Of a stretch of 64,000 bases of DNA, positions 39,131-48,879 are shown in pieces. The stretch covers positions 58,279 through 122,278 of the forward strand of contig JBKBJF010000001.1 in NCBI GenBank assembly GCA_046293935.1, given 5' to 3'. The translations under genes and the position numbers were made by a program. The notes under the pieces are model-generated. The model had not been told where the DNA came from and made no database searches. It saw only the letters and a program-made list of their open reading frames with translations. The DNA comes from Hyphomonas sp. GTDB lineage: Bacteria > Pseudomonadota > Alphaproteobacteria > Caulobacterales > Hyphomonadaceae. Each line of letters begins with the position of its first letter. Positions within the stretch are counted from its first letter, which is position 1.

Positions 39131-40102
39131 ATGCAAATTAAGGGCTGGCGTTTAGTCGCCGCTTCTCCCTTTGTCAACGCGGCTGCCGGGGCCCTCCTGC
39201 TTTTTGGCGCGGCGGCCTGTTCCCGGCAGGAAAAGGCGGCTGAAAGCCCCCCGAAACCTGCCCCGATTGCTGCACGACTGGAGCTTCCTGCAGTGTGGGC
39301 GACCCGGGCACTGTCCGGCCCAGTGGAGGATGTGGCCCTGTCGACCGGCGGAGGCGCGGTGCTGGCGGTGGCCTTCCAGCGCGGGGGGCTGGAGTTTTTC
39401 GACATGGAGGGCGAACGGATCGGCGAGCCGGCCCTGTTCCGCCTGAGGGCGATTGCCGATGGCCGCTCGACCTCGATCAGCGGCACGGACGTGACCCTCT
39501 TCCCGGGTGTGACGGACGCCGGCGATCTGAAGGGCTACATCTACAGCCCCGGCCTGGTCGCCCCGGCCCAGATCGACCTGCCTATCCCGGAGGAGCGTTC
39601 GGTTGCGGGGCTCTGCTCGGGGGATGCAGGCACGCAGGGGCTGATCCGGATCGCCTACTGGACGGTAGCCAATTCGATGCAGCTGGTGACCGGCATCCTC
39701 AGCGAATCCAATGGCGACCTGACCTGGAAACCCGAGGCGCTGACGCCTTCACCCATGCCGATTTCCTCCTGCGTGTTCGCCGGCGGGGAACTGGTGGCCT
39801 CGGCAGCGGCGGATTCCGCCCCGCTGACCCGCGGAAACCTCTCGGCCCTGCTGTCTCTGGAGGCCGGCAAGCCGCTGCAGATCTCGACCGATTACGGCAT
39901 TACGACGACAGAGGTCAGCGTCCGCGACGGCATCACCATCGATGCGCCGCGCAATCCGACGGCGATCTCGGCGCAAGGCACACTGCCGGCCGGAGGGTTT
40001 CCCGGCGGGGTGGTGGTGATGGCCGGCGAGACCGCCAAAGGCGAGCATCAGGTGGTGTTCATCGACCCAAGCGTGATCACGCTCGAACCCGCGGGCGAGT
40101 AG
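39131..40102 (+). CDS. Lipoprotein, probably a degenerate beta-propeller phytase-like protein
   Basis: FGAAAC lipobox. [20 protein letters not shown] and [10 protein letters not shown] appear in the same order as phytase motifs. Confidence 0.6.
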   Translation: MQIKGWRLVAASPFVNAAAGALLLFGAAACSRQEKAAESPPKPAPIAARLELPAVWATRALSGPVEDVALSTGGGAVLAVAFQRGGLEFFDMEGERIGEPALFRLRAIADGRSTSISGTDVTLFPGVTDAGDLKGYIYSPGLVAPAQIDLPIPEERSVAGLCSGDAGTQGLIRIAYWTVANSMQLVTGILSESNGDLTWKPEALTPSPMPISSCVFAGGELVASAAADSAPLTRGNLSALLSLEAGKPLQISTDYGITTTEVSVRDGITIDAPRNPTAISAQGTLPAGGFPGGVVVMAGETAKGEHQVVFIDPSVITLEPAGE

Positions 40103-41114
40103 CCAGCCAGGCGGTACAGACCGCTGCGAGGGTGACGATGACGCCGAGCCCCTGATGCGTGAGCGCCAGGGGCAGCGGGGCGGCATTGACCAGCGTGAGG
40201 ATGCCCCAGAGCGCCTGCACGGTGACCAGCGCCGCCAGCAGCGCGAATGGCCGGCCCAAGGGGCCGGTGCGATGACGCCAGGCGGCATACAGGCTGAGGC
40301 CCCAGAGCAGATAGGCGAGGAAGCGGTGGTTGAACTGGGTCGCCGCCCGCCCCTCGATGAAGCTGCGCAGGCCAAGATCAGCCTGAATGTAATGGGACGG
40401 GATAAGTTCGCCCGCCATCAGCGGCCAGTCCGTATAGGTGCGGCCGGCATCGAGCCCCGCGACGAGCGCGCCCGCCGCCATCTGGAGAAAGACCAGCCCG
40501 AGAAGGCCCTGCGCCAGGAGGCGTTCGCGCGCGGAGACCTCCGGACGGGCCTTTCTGCCGAGATCGAGCCAGAACCAGGCGATCAGGCAGAGGATGAGTA
40601 GCGCCAGCGAGAAATGCGTCATCAGCCGGTAGGAGGCGACGGAGACGCGCGGCGTGTCGCCGATGCCGCTGGAGACCATCCACCAGCCGATGGCGCCCTG
40701 CAGGCCGCCGAGCGCAATCAGCCCGGCGAGCTTCCAGCCCAGCCCCTGCCCCAGCCAGCGGCGCCAGGCGAACACCGCAAATCCGGCGACGGCGACAAGG
40801 CCGATGAGGCGGCCGAGCTGGCGATGTCCCCACTCCCACCAGTAGATGAACTGGAATTCGGCAATGCTCATGCCCTTGTTCATCAGCTGGTACTGGGTGG
40901 TCTGGCGGTACTTGTCGAACTCCGAGTGCCAGTCGGCATCGGTCAGCGGCGGCAGCGAGCCCGCCACCGGGCGCCATTCGGTGATCGACAGGCCGGAATC
41001 GGTGAGGCGCGTTGCGCCGCCGACGAGGATGGTGCCATAGACCATCAGACCAAGAAGGACGAGCCAGAGACGGATCCAGCGTGCGGCACCGGGGGAGATT
41101 GCGCTTTCTGCCAT
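40077..41114 (-). CDS. ctaA: Heme A synthase (COX15/CtaA)
   Basis: VGGATRLTDSGLSITEW, WWEWGHRQLGR, QGAIGWWMVSSG, QFNHR, HQ. Confidence 0.95.
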   Translation of the reverse strand: MAESAISPGAARWIRLWLVLLGLMVYGTILVGGATRLTDSGLSITEWRPVAGSLPPLTDADWHSEFDKYRQTTQYQLMNKGMSIAEFQFIYWWEWGHRQLGRLIGLVAVAGFAVFAWRRWLGQGLGWKLAGLIALGGLQGAIGWWMVSSGIGDTPRVSVASYRLMTHFSLALLILCLIAWFWLDLGRKARPEVSARERLLAQGLLGLVFLQMAAGALVAGLDAGRTYTDWPLMAGELIPSHYIQADLGLRSFIEGRAATQFNHRFLAYLLWGLSLYAAWRHRTGPLGRPFALLAALVTVQALWGILTLVNAAPLPLALTHQGLGVIVTLAAVCTAWLATRPRVRA

Positions 41115-41171
41115 GCCGCCTAGATCACCTGACAGCCATTTCATTCAAGGGGCAGCGTGGTCGCAGCGCCG

Positions 41172-41381
41172 ATGCAGAACAAGCGCAAACCTGTGGGCGT
41201 CGTGGTGCTGCTGGCCTTCCTGGCGGCCTGGGTGTGGGGTGTGGTGAGCCTGGCGCCCACACCCGGCGCCTGGCCCTTCTGGGGGGAGTTGCTCTACTAT
41301 GCCGCAGCCGGCACGCTGTGGGCCTTGCCACTGAAACCGCTGTTCAGCTGGATGAATGCGGGCGAACCGGACGAGGACTGA
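41172..41381 (+). CDS. DUF2842-like small membrane protein
   Basis: RKPVG, two TMs, YYAAAGTLWALPLKPLFSWM; divergent from ctaA. Confidence 0.75.
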   Translation: MQNKRKPVGVVVLLAFLAAWVWGVVSLAPTPGAWPFWGELLYYAAAGTLWALPLKPLFSWMNAGEPDED

Positions 41382-41387
41382 GCCGGA

Positions 41388-41786
41388 TCAGGGCTGCCAC
41401 AAGATAGCTGCCATCACCATGACAAGGCCGAGGGTGGCAATGTTCCAGCTGAAGGTTCGCAGCCAGACGACGCCGGCGGCATAGAGCGGCAGGAACAGGA
41501 TACGCCCGCCGATATACAGCAGGGCGCCTGCCTCGCTGAGCCAGCTGCCAGTGCGCTGAAGCAAGGTGAGCATCACCACCGCAGCCGCGAAGATGGCGAA
41601 GGTTTCAAGGAAATTGCGCTGGGCCCGGTCGAGCCGGCCGGCAAGCCCGGTGGGGCGGATGTCCGCGTCGCGCGGGCCGACCGTATAGGCGTTGCCGACC
41701 TGCGCCTTGAAGCTGAACGAAGCGGCCGTGAGATGCACGAGGCCGAGTACCATCGCGCCGAACAGGGCCTGAAATTCCAATGTCAT
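41388..41786 (-). CDS. MAPEG family protein
   Basis: GPRD, AGRLDRAQRNFLET, RILFLPLYAAG, RTFSW. Confidence 0.9.
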   Translation of the reverse strand: MTLEFQALFGAMVLGLVHLTAASFSFKAQVGNAYTVGPRDADIRPTGLAGRLDRAQRNFLETFAIFAAAVVMLTLLQRTGSWLSEAGALLYIGGRILFLPLYAAGVVWLRTFSWNIATLGLVMVMAAILWQP

Positions 41787-41957
41787 GCGGGTCTCCTTCG
41801 CTGCGACCAGCGGACGGCAGTATATCGCGGCATGTGCGGTTGCGGAAAGCCGCGCATCGGGCAGCAGCCCTGCGCACCGCCATGTGCGCTTTGCGCAGCC
41901 GAAATGCCCGGAGAAGCGGAGCCTTCCGGGGACAGATGATCCGCAAGAGGGCCCGGA

Positions 41958-42644
41958 TCAGCCGGAATCGTGATAAGCTGCAGGGATGCAGGCGACAGCC
42001 CGGTTGAGACTTTCGAACGTCTCGTGTGCACCGGGAAAGAGGTTGAGGATGACGGCCTCCCGCCCGGGCACGTTACAAAGGGAGAGGTTGGGGCGTTCCG
42101 GTGCGAGGCGCTGCTGAAGGCGCTTCAGGCGGCGCGCAGCACGCACGGGATCGGCGAACGCGGCCTTCAGCGCCTCGAACCGGCGCACAAGATTGCGTCC
42201 GCAGGCGGACGGATCGGCCGGGCTGCGCGGTGGAGGCGGAGGGGGATCGGGGTCATCGAAGCTGCGGAGGCGAGGGCCGGTCTCCTGCGCGGCGCTGCAG
42301 GGCCCTGCCAGACGCGGCATAGGCTCTGTCAGGCAGAACAGCGGCGCACGGGCCTGCTGCAATGCTGGCCGGGGCGCAGAAGCAGCGTGCAGGCCGGATG
42401 CGAGCCCCCTGCCGGGGACGGCGGGACATGAGGGCTCCGGCGCAAGATGGGCGGCAATCAGACAGATCAGGCGGCGCAGGGCCGTTTCGGCTGGGCGCAG
42501 ATAGTTGGTGCTGATGAAAATGGCAAAGAACCGTGTACGGACGGTCTCGGCATAGATGACCTCTGCAGCCCGCGCGATCAGCCAGGCAATCAGGCTTTCG
42601 GCCTGATCGAACAGCGGGCGCAGGGAGGAAGGGAGCGTATCCAT
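41958..42644 (-). CDS. Hypothetical protein
   Basis: 228-aa ORF with helical blocks LRPAETALRRLI and RRFEALKAAFADP separated by a Pro-rich linker. Confidence 0.65.
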   Translation of the reverse strand: MDTLPSSLRPLFDQAESLIAWLIARAAEVIYAETVRTRFFAIFISTNYLRPAETALRRLICLIAAHLAPEPSCPAVPGRGLASGLHAASAPRPALQQARAPLFCLTEPMPRLAGPCSAAQETGPRLRSFDDPDPPPPPPRSPADPSACGRNLVRRFEALKAAFADPVRAARRLKRLQQRLAPERPNLSLCNVPGREAVILNLFPGAHETFESLNRAVACIPAAYHDSG

Positions 42645-42753
42645 GCCCGCAGTATCGCATGGCCCCTAGGGGGTTGCACAAATTCCGGTGAATTTCTTCC
42701 AGCGCATTGTCCGGATTAGGAAAAATCCGGGCCGGGTGTTGCATAAGCCCCGG

Positions 42754-43662
42754 TCATTCCCCTTCCCCGTGCCGGCGGGCGGCTTCGCGCAGGCGGGCAA
42801 AGATTGCGGCAGGGTCTTCGGGGGCGGAGACTTCATCCGGCTCCGGATAATCGTCGAAGATCTCTTCCTCCACCGGCGCTTCCCCCTCAGCGGCGACCGG
42901 CGAGGCCGGGCTGGCTGCCGGGGCGCGCTGCGGCTCTGCCGTTTCTGCCTCCCCCGCTTCATAGGTGAAGGGCGCCTCGCTGCCCGCACGCAGCCGGCCG
43001 ATGACGGTTTCACCGCCGATGATCGACTGGCCGGGCCAGACGAGCAGCGAGAGGCTGGCCGGCAGGTAGAGGTCGCACCAGCCGCCGAGGCGGCGTATGG
43101 CAAAGGCCCGGCCGAGCCGGACGATGTCGCCGGTCTCGGCGCTCAGATCGATGCGGGGACCCAGACCGCCGGAGACGAGCGCCAGGCCAGCCTGTTCGCC
43201 GGCGCTCTCGAAAGTGACATAGGCGCGGGTCAGCCCCTCGTCTTCCGGGCGGAAGGCCAGCGGCACGGAGGGCTCGCCCTGCGACAGGGTGATGAGATCA
43301 ATGCCGCCGGTGATGGGGGCATAAAGCCGGTTGGTGGAGACCGGTCCCGAACTGATCCGTATACGAACAAGATTCTCAGGCGCCATGCGCAGCGCAGTGG
43401 GCGGCTCGGCCCGCTCTATGGAGACGATGATGCCATCGCAGGGCGCAACCACTCCATCGGCAATATCCGGAGGGCTGCGGCGCGACCAGCGCCCGGCAGC
43501 AAGACACAGAAGAGTGGCGGCAAAACCGATCCAGAACAGCGGCGCCCAGATCCAGCCCAGCAGCAGCGCAGCGAGGAAGGCCGCCGCCGCCGCAGCGACG
43601 CCTTCCCAGTCGACTGCGGCGTTCAGCCACGGCATGGAGCGGCGGTCGAAATCATCCTGCAT
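42754..43662 (-). CDS. Phosphatidylserine decarboxylase-like protein lacking the catalytic motifs
   Basis: VVAPCDGIIV, RIRI, YAPITG, LGGWCDLYLP, GQSIIGGETVIG follow the Psd pattern, but the GS cleavage site is GG. Confidence 0.8.
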   Translation of the reverse strand: MQDDFDRRSMPWLNAAVDWEGVAAAAAAFLAALLLGWIWAPLFWIGFAATLLCLAAGRWSRRSPPDIADGVVAPCDGIIVSIERAEPPTALRMAPENLVRIRISSGPVSTNRLYAPITGGIDLITLSQGEPSVPLAFRPEDEGLTRAYVTFESAGEQAGLALVSGGLGPRIDLSAETGDIVRLGRAFAIRRLGGWCDLYLPASLSLLVWPGQSIIGGETVIGRLRAGSEAPFTYEAGEAETAEPQRAPAASPASPVAAEGEAPVEEEIFDDYPEPDEVSAPEDPAAIFARLREAARRHGEGE

Positions 43663-43697
43663 GCTTTCGCTCCTTTCCTCGTCCCTGCCCCGGCGGC

Positions 43698-45545
43698 TTA
43701 CCCGGCGGCCAGTGCAGAGTCCGTGCTGCGGGCCTGCCTTTGCCACATATCAGCATATTTGCCACCTTTTGCCAGCAGGGCAGCATGACTGCCGCGCTCG
43801 ATGATGCGGCCGGCCTCGAGCACGAGGATCTCGTCGGCCGAGATGACCGTGGACAGGCGGTGGGCGACCATCAGCGTGGTCCGCCCGGCGGAAGCCTCGT
43901 TGAGGGCATCCTGCACGGCCGCCTCGGTGGCGCTGTCGAGGGCGCTGGTGGCTTCGTCGAGCACGAGGATGGCAGGATCGGCCAGCACGACGCGGGCGAT
44001 GCCGACGCGCTGTTTTTCGCCGCCGGAGAGCTTCAGGCCGCGCTCGCCGACGCGGGTGTTCCAGCCATCCGGCAAGGCTTCGATAAAGCCGAGCAGCTGG
44101 GCCCGGCGGGCCGCTTCGCGCAGCTCGCCTTCGCTGGCCCCGGGGCGGGCATAGGCAATGTTGGCGCGGATCGTGTCGTTGAACAGGACGACATCCTGCG
44201 GGACGAGGCCGAGACTGGCGCGCAGGGAGGCCTGGGTGACAGTGCGCACGTCCTGCCCGTCGATCAGCACACGTCCGGCATCGGTGTCGTAGAAACGGAA
44301 CAGCAGCTTCAGCAGGGTCGACTTGCCGGCGCCGGAGGTGCCGACGAAGGCGATCTTGCGCCCGGCGGGCACGTCGAAGGAAATATCCTGCACGCCGACC
44401 GAGCGGCCTTCATGGTTGAAGGCCACGTTCTCGAAGGTGACGCGGCCGGCCGGGCGGGCGAGTGCGCGTGCGCCAGGGGCGTCTTTCACCTCAGGCATCA
44501 TGGCGATCAGGCCATGCAGCTTTTCGAGATCGACCGTGCCCTGCTTGATCTCGCGCCAGACCATGCCGAGGATGTTCAGAGGAGCGTAGAGGGAAAGCAT
44601 CATCAGCATGACGCCGGTGAGGTCGCCGATCTGCATGCGGCCTTCGAGATAGTTCCAGGCCGAGAGCGCCATGACGGCAAGAAGGCCGGCATTCATCACC
44701 AGCGCCTGCACGCCGTTGAGGATGTACATGCTGCGCATGGTATCGACATACTGCACGTTGTACTGGCTCATCGCGGTATCGAAGCGGCCAGTCTCGCGCG
44801 CCTCGGCTGCAAACGCCTTTACGGTTTCTGCATTGGTGAGGATGTCGACAGCGGTTGCGCGGAAATGCGTGTCAGCCTCGTTCATGCGGCGGCGCTGGCG
44901 CACGCGCCATTCGGTGATGATCACGGTACAGACGACATAGAGCGCGATGGTTGCGACCGCGATGAGTGACAGGCGGACGTCATAGGCAAGGCCGAGCGCG
45001 ATGGAGGCGAGCACGAGACGGATCAGCGTGGGGCCGATATTGAAGGCGAGAAAGCGGATCAGGTAGTCGATCGCCCCTGCCCCGCGCTCGATGATGCGGT
45101 TCAGCGCCCCGGTGCGGCGCGTCTGGTGGAAGTTCAGCGACAGGCCGAGAGCATGGCCGAACGCATCGACACTGGCGACGCGCTGGGCATCCTGGCTGAC
45201 CGGGGCGAACAGCCAGTCGCGCAGCTGCGGCAGCGCGGCAGCGGCAAAGCGCAGGGCAAGGCCATAAGTGAGCCAGAGGGCCGCGACGGCGAAGCCGCCC
45301 GCAGTGGCGGCGACCTGGTTGATCGCATGGCCCATGACCAGCGGTGAGACGACCTCCAGCACAGAGGCGGCCAGCGTGAGCAGCACGGCCATGGCCATGA
45401 CGGGCCGCCATTTCGCCAGCTCCGGGCGGGCCAGCAGCTTCAGGATGCGCGAGATGGAGGCCCAGAGGCCGCCATCGGCGCTGTCGATACGGTCAGGATT
45501 GTCAGCGGGCGCAGCAGCGGCGATCAGAGAGGTCATGCCGCCCAT
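43698..45545 (-). CDS. ABCB family (Atm1-like) ABC exporter, permease plus ATPase
   Basis: GTSGAGKST, VPQDVVLFNDT, LSGGEKQR, LDEATSALD, AHRLST. Confidence 0.95.
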   Translation of the reverse strand: MGGMTSLIAAAAPADNPDRIDSADGGLWASISRILKLLARPELAKWRPVMAMAVLLTLAASVLEVVSPLVMGHAINQVAATAGGFAVAALWLTYGLALRFAAAALPQLRDWLFAPVSQDAQRVASVDAFGHALGLSLNFHQTRRTGALNRIIERGAGAIDYLIRFLAFNIGPTLIRLVLASIALGLAYDVRLSLIAVATIALYVVCTVIITEWRVRQRRRMNEADTHFRATAVDILTNAETVKAFAAEARETGRFDTAMSQYNVQYVDTMRSMYILNGVQALVMNAGLLAVMALSAWNYLEGRMQIGDLTGVMLMMLSLYAPLNILGMVWREIKQGTVDLEKLHGLIAMMPEVKDAPGARALARPAGRVTFENVAFNHEGRSVGVQDISFDVPAGRKIAFVGTSGAGKSTLLKLLFRFYDTDAGRVLIDGQDVRTVTQASLRASLGLVPQDVVLFNDTIRANIAYARPGASEGELREAARRAQLLGFIEALPDGWNTRVGERGLKLSGGEKQRVGIARVVLADPAILVLDEATSALDSATEAAVQDALNEASAGRTTLMVAHRLSTVISADEILVLEAGRIIERGSHAALLAKGGKYADMWQRQARSTDSALAAG

Positions 45546-45649
45546 ATGGCGCCGTTCGGGGCACAGGAAAAGACAGGGGCGTAAAACTGTTAACCCTGCC
45601 CTGCGAAAGCATCTGGCGCCGACAGGCCGCGCCCCCTAGTTTCAGGCTC

Positions 45650-46240
45650 ATGGACGATATCAAGAAAACACATACGACTTCCCGGCTTTCCTCCATCTGC
45701 GTCTATTGCGGCGCCTCGGACGCGGTGAACCCGGAATACATCGACCTGGCACGCCGGCTGGGCCGCACGCTGGCCGGGCATGGCCTGAAGCTGGTCTATG
45801 GCGGCGGCGGCGTCGGCCTGATGGGGGCGTGCGCGCGCGCCGCGCATGAGGCGGGCGGCGAAGTGCTGGGCATCATGCCGCGCTTCCTGCTCGACAAGGA
45901 ACGCATCTACACGGACGTTGAGCATCGCATCGTCGACGACATGCACACGCGCAAGATGATGATGTTCGAGGAAGCCGATGCCTTCATCGTGCTGCCTGGC
46001 GGCATCGGCACGCTGGAGGAAGCGGTGGAGATTCTCTCCTGGGCGCGCCTCGGCCTGCATGCGAAGCCGATGGCCTTTCTGGACGAAGACGGTTTCTGGC
46101 AGCCCTTCTTCGACCTGATCGAACGCATCATCCAGGGCGGTTTCATTCCCGCGAATTTCCGCAGCGCGCTGGTGCACTGCCGCACGCCGGACGAAGCGCT
46201 GGACGCGATCAAGGCCCGCCGCATCGTGCTTGATCTGTAG
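45650..46240 (+). CDS. LOG family (TIGR00730) nucleotide phosphoribohydrolase
   Basis: CVYCGAS, YGGGGVGLMG, MHTRK, PGGIGTLEE. Confidence 0.93.
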   Translation: MDDIKKTHTTSRLSSICVYCGASDAVNPEYIDLARRLGRTLAGHGLKLVYGGGGVGLMGACARAAHEAGGEVLGIMPRFLLDKERIYTDVEHRIVDDMHTRKMMMFEEADAFIVLPGGIGTLEEAVEILSWARLGLHAKPMAFLDEDGFWQPFFDLIERIIQGGFIPANFRSALVHCRTPDEALDAIKARRIVLDL

Positions 46241-46283
46241 GCGGAAAACCGCGCTCGCGTTAACCCCTGCGCTGAAATATCCT

Positions 46284-46311
46284 TTGACATTCCGCGCGCA
46301 ACGCCCCATGT
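46284..46311 (+). promoter_or_regulatory. Putative promoter of the DEAD-box helicase gene
   Basis: TTGACA-N14-CCCCATGT, about 190 nt upstream of the ATG. Confidence 0.45.
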
Positions 46312-46503
46312 GCGCGGCGTCTGGGTGGTTTGAGCCGCCTTGCAGGGCAGCGTGAGCTGGTCTGGCGGCAAGTCCGCCACGTCCGTGGCCCTCCTTACAG
46401 ACGCATCTTCAGCCCAAGGCGCCCTTCTTCACGCGGGTCGTTCAACCCCGCCACCCGCGCGCGTTTGCCCGCGCCGGGCGCAAATACGTTCTTGAAAGTA
46501 ACC

Positions 46504-47814
46504 ATGACTGATTTCACTTCCTTCGGCTTCACCAGCCGCCTTGCGCGTGCTGTCGAAGAAGCCGGCTACACCGCGCCGACCCCGATCCAGGCGCAGGCCA
46601 TCCCGCTGATCAAGGCTGGCCGCGATGTGCTGGGCCTTGCCCAGACCGGCACCGGCAAGACGCTGGCCTTCGCGGCTCCGATCCTGGACCGCCTGAACCG
46701 TAAATCCGGTCCTGCCCCGGCCAAGGGCGCGCGCGTGCTGGTGCTTGCGCCGACGCGCGAGCTCGCGGGACAGATCGCCGAATCGTTCGAGGCCTATGGT
46801 GCAGGGCAAGGCTTCCGCATCGTGATGGTCTGTGGCGGCGCCAAGATCGGCGGGCAGATCCGCAAGCTGGAGCGCGGCGCGCATGTGCTGGTTGCCACGC
46901 CGGGTCGCCTGATCGACCTGATGGAACAGGGCGCCGTTTCGCTGCGCCCTGTTGAAGTTCTGGTGCTGGACGAGGCCGACCAGATGCTGGACCTCGGTTT
47001 CATCCACGCGCTGCGCAAGATTGCCAGACACTTGCCCAACGAGCGCCAGACGCTGTTCTTCTCGGCGACGATGCCGAAACTGGTGGCCGGCCTTGCCGCC
47101 GAATACCTGACCAATCCGGCAGAAGTCGCCGTCGCCCCGCCCGCCACAACGGCGGAGAAAGTGGAGCAGCGCATCTGCTTCGTCGAACAATCCGAAAAGC
47201 AGGCCCTGCTGGCCGAGACGATCCGCCAGCCGGAACTGCGCACGGCGCTCGTCTTTGTACGGACGAAACATGGTGCTGATGCTGTGGTGCGCCGCCTTGC
47301 CAGGGACAATATCGACTCCGTCGCCATCCACGGCAACAAGAGCCAGGCCCAGCGCATCAAGGCGCTGGACGCGTTCAAGGGCGGCCGCGTGCCGGTGCTG
47401 ATCGCCACTGACATTGCCGCCCGGGGCATCCATATCGATGGCCTGACGCATGTGATCAATTTCGACCTGCCGGAAGTGCCGGAACAATACGTTCACCGGA
47501 TCGGCCGCACGGCCCGCGCCGGGCAGGCGGGCGTGGCCATCTCGTTCGTCTCGAAAGCGGAGCGGGACTACCTGCGCGCCATCGAGAAGACGATCGGCAT
47601 GAAGCTCGCCCCCCGTTCCGCTGGTGAGCCGGATGAGCCGCACGGCCATGGCGGAGGTCCGCAACAGGCACGCCGCGGCGCAGGTGGCAATGGCCAGCGC
47701 GGCGACAACGGCAAGCCGGGTGGCCCGCGCCGCAACGGACCCGGTGGCCGGAAGGGCGGCGGGCATAACTATAGACAGAACCGGGCGCGCCACCCGGAAC
47801 GTGCCGGTGCGTGA
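46504..47814 (+). CDS. rhlE: DEAD-box RNA helicase (RhlE-like)
   Basis: PTPIQ, AQTGTGKT, PTRELA, DEAD, SAT, HRIGRTAR, G/R-rich tail. Start at the ATG at 46504. Confidence 0.92.
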   Translation: MTDFTSFGFTSRLARAVEEAGYTAPTPIQAQAIPLIKAGRDVLGLAQTGTGKTLAFAAPILDRLNRKSGPAPAKGARVLVLAPTRELAGQIAESFEAYGAGQGFRIVMVCGGAKIGGQIRKLERGAHVLVATPGRLIDLMEQGAVSLRPVEVLVLDEADQMLDLGFIHALRKIARHLPNERQTLFFSATMPKLVAGLAAEYLTNPAEVAVAPPATTAEKVEQRICFVEQSEKQALLAETIRQPELRTALVFVRTKHGADAVVRRLARDNIDSVAIHGNKSQAQRIKALDAFKGGRVPVLIATDIAARGIHIDGLTHVINFDLPEVPEQYVHRIGRTARAGQAGVAISFVSKAERDYLRAIEKTIGMKLAPRSAGEPDEPHGHGGGPQQARRGAGGNGQRGDNGKPGGPRRNGPGGRKGGGHNYRQNRARHPERAGA

Positions 47815-47837
47815 TCCATCCGTGCCCTGAACTGCAA

Positions 47838-47861
47838 CGCCCCGGCCTGACCGCCGGGGCG
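47838..47861. terminator. Stem-loop between convergent genes
   Basis: CGCCCCGGC-CTGACC-GCCGGGGCG. Confidence 0.6.
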
Positions 47862-47874
47862 ATCTGTTCATGTC

Positions 47875-48879
47875 CTATTCGTGCAGCTCTTCGGCGGCCA
47901 GCACGAGACCTTCCACCGCCCGCTCGAGCGGGGCAAAGCGGTCGATGATTTCCTGCTCGGCCGCGCTGCGGGCAGCCGCGTCGCCCCTGGTCAGCAGGGT
48001 TTCGAACTCTGCCGCCTCCTTGCCCAGCGCTTCACGTACCAGTTTGCCGCATTCATTCGTGCGCGTGCTGCGATTGACGGCACAGGACTTGAGCCAGGTT
48101 ATCGGCCGGCTGGCCCAGGGTTCTGCCAGATGGCCCTCGCGGCGGAACAGCACGAGCTTGTCCGGCGTGTTCTTCTTGCACGCCTTCCTGACTTCCCGTT
48201 CGTGGGGCTTGAATTCCGGCGGGATACCCAGCCCGCAATAGGTATCGACGTTCCAGATGCTGAGGCTCATCACCCATTCGCGCCCATCGGCATCGAAGGT
48301 GTGCTTTTCGACATAGGTGGAGCCATACCAGTAGGAGACGTCGCCCTCCGTTTCCGCCTGGCCGTCCGGCGCATTCCCGTAGCGCACGACATAGCGCGAC
48401 GCCGACAGGTCGCTGAAGGCAGGGCCGGAATGGAAGCTGAGCACCGGCAGGGAGCCGTCCCAGGACACTTCGCCTGCCTGCAGGATGCCGGAGCGCGCCA
48501 GCTCCGGCGCCGTGACCTCGACCCCGTAGAGCATGGTGGCCGGCAGGCTGACATGACCACCCGCGCCGACGATCAGCCCATCGCCATGTGCGAGGCCGAA
48601 GCGGCAATCTCCGATCCAGCGGGCCTGGCTCCAGTAACCGGCAAGACGCTCGTAGCGTTCCTCATGCGGGGCGAAGACAACGACCGAACACGCGCCGTCC
48701 GCAGTGGGCGCGAGGCGTTCGCCGGCGCGCAACGGCAGGTCGATGCCGAGGATGCCGGGCGGGGCTTCGGCCACTTCGCCGGCCGGCTCGGTCCCGGCCA
48801 AGGCTGCACCGCCGGCGAGACAGCAGACGGCGGCGGACGCGAGAAAGAGCAGCGCCTGGCGGAACCAGAACACGGTCAT
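47875..48879 (-). CDS. Secreted Cys-containing hypothetical protein
   Basis: Signal peptide (..GGAALA), WIGDCRFGLAHGDG segment, several Cys. Confidence 0.75.
   Translation of the reverse strand: MTVFWFRQALLFLASAAVCCLAGGAALAGTEPAGEVAEAPPGILGIDLPLRAGERLAPTADGACSVVVFAPHEERYERLAGYWSQARWIGDCRFGLAHGDGLIVGAGGHVSLPATMLYGVEVTAPELARSGILQAGEVSWDGSLPVLSFHSGPAFSDLSASRYVVRYGNAPDGQAETEGDVSYWYGSTYVEKHTFDADGREWVMSLSIWNVDTYCGLGIPPEFKPHEREVRKACKKNTPDKLVLFRREGHLAEPWASRPITWLKSCAVNRSTRTNECGKLVREALGKEAAEFETLLTRGDAAARSAAEQEIIDRFAPLERAVEGLVLAAEELHE

Noticed and set aside
31075-40102. Tail-to-tail gene overlaps of 26-28 bp (GNAT/glpX, lipoprotein/ctaA)
   Set aside because: Common in compact GC-rich genomes; no evidence of antisense regulation.
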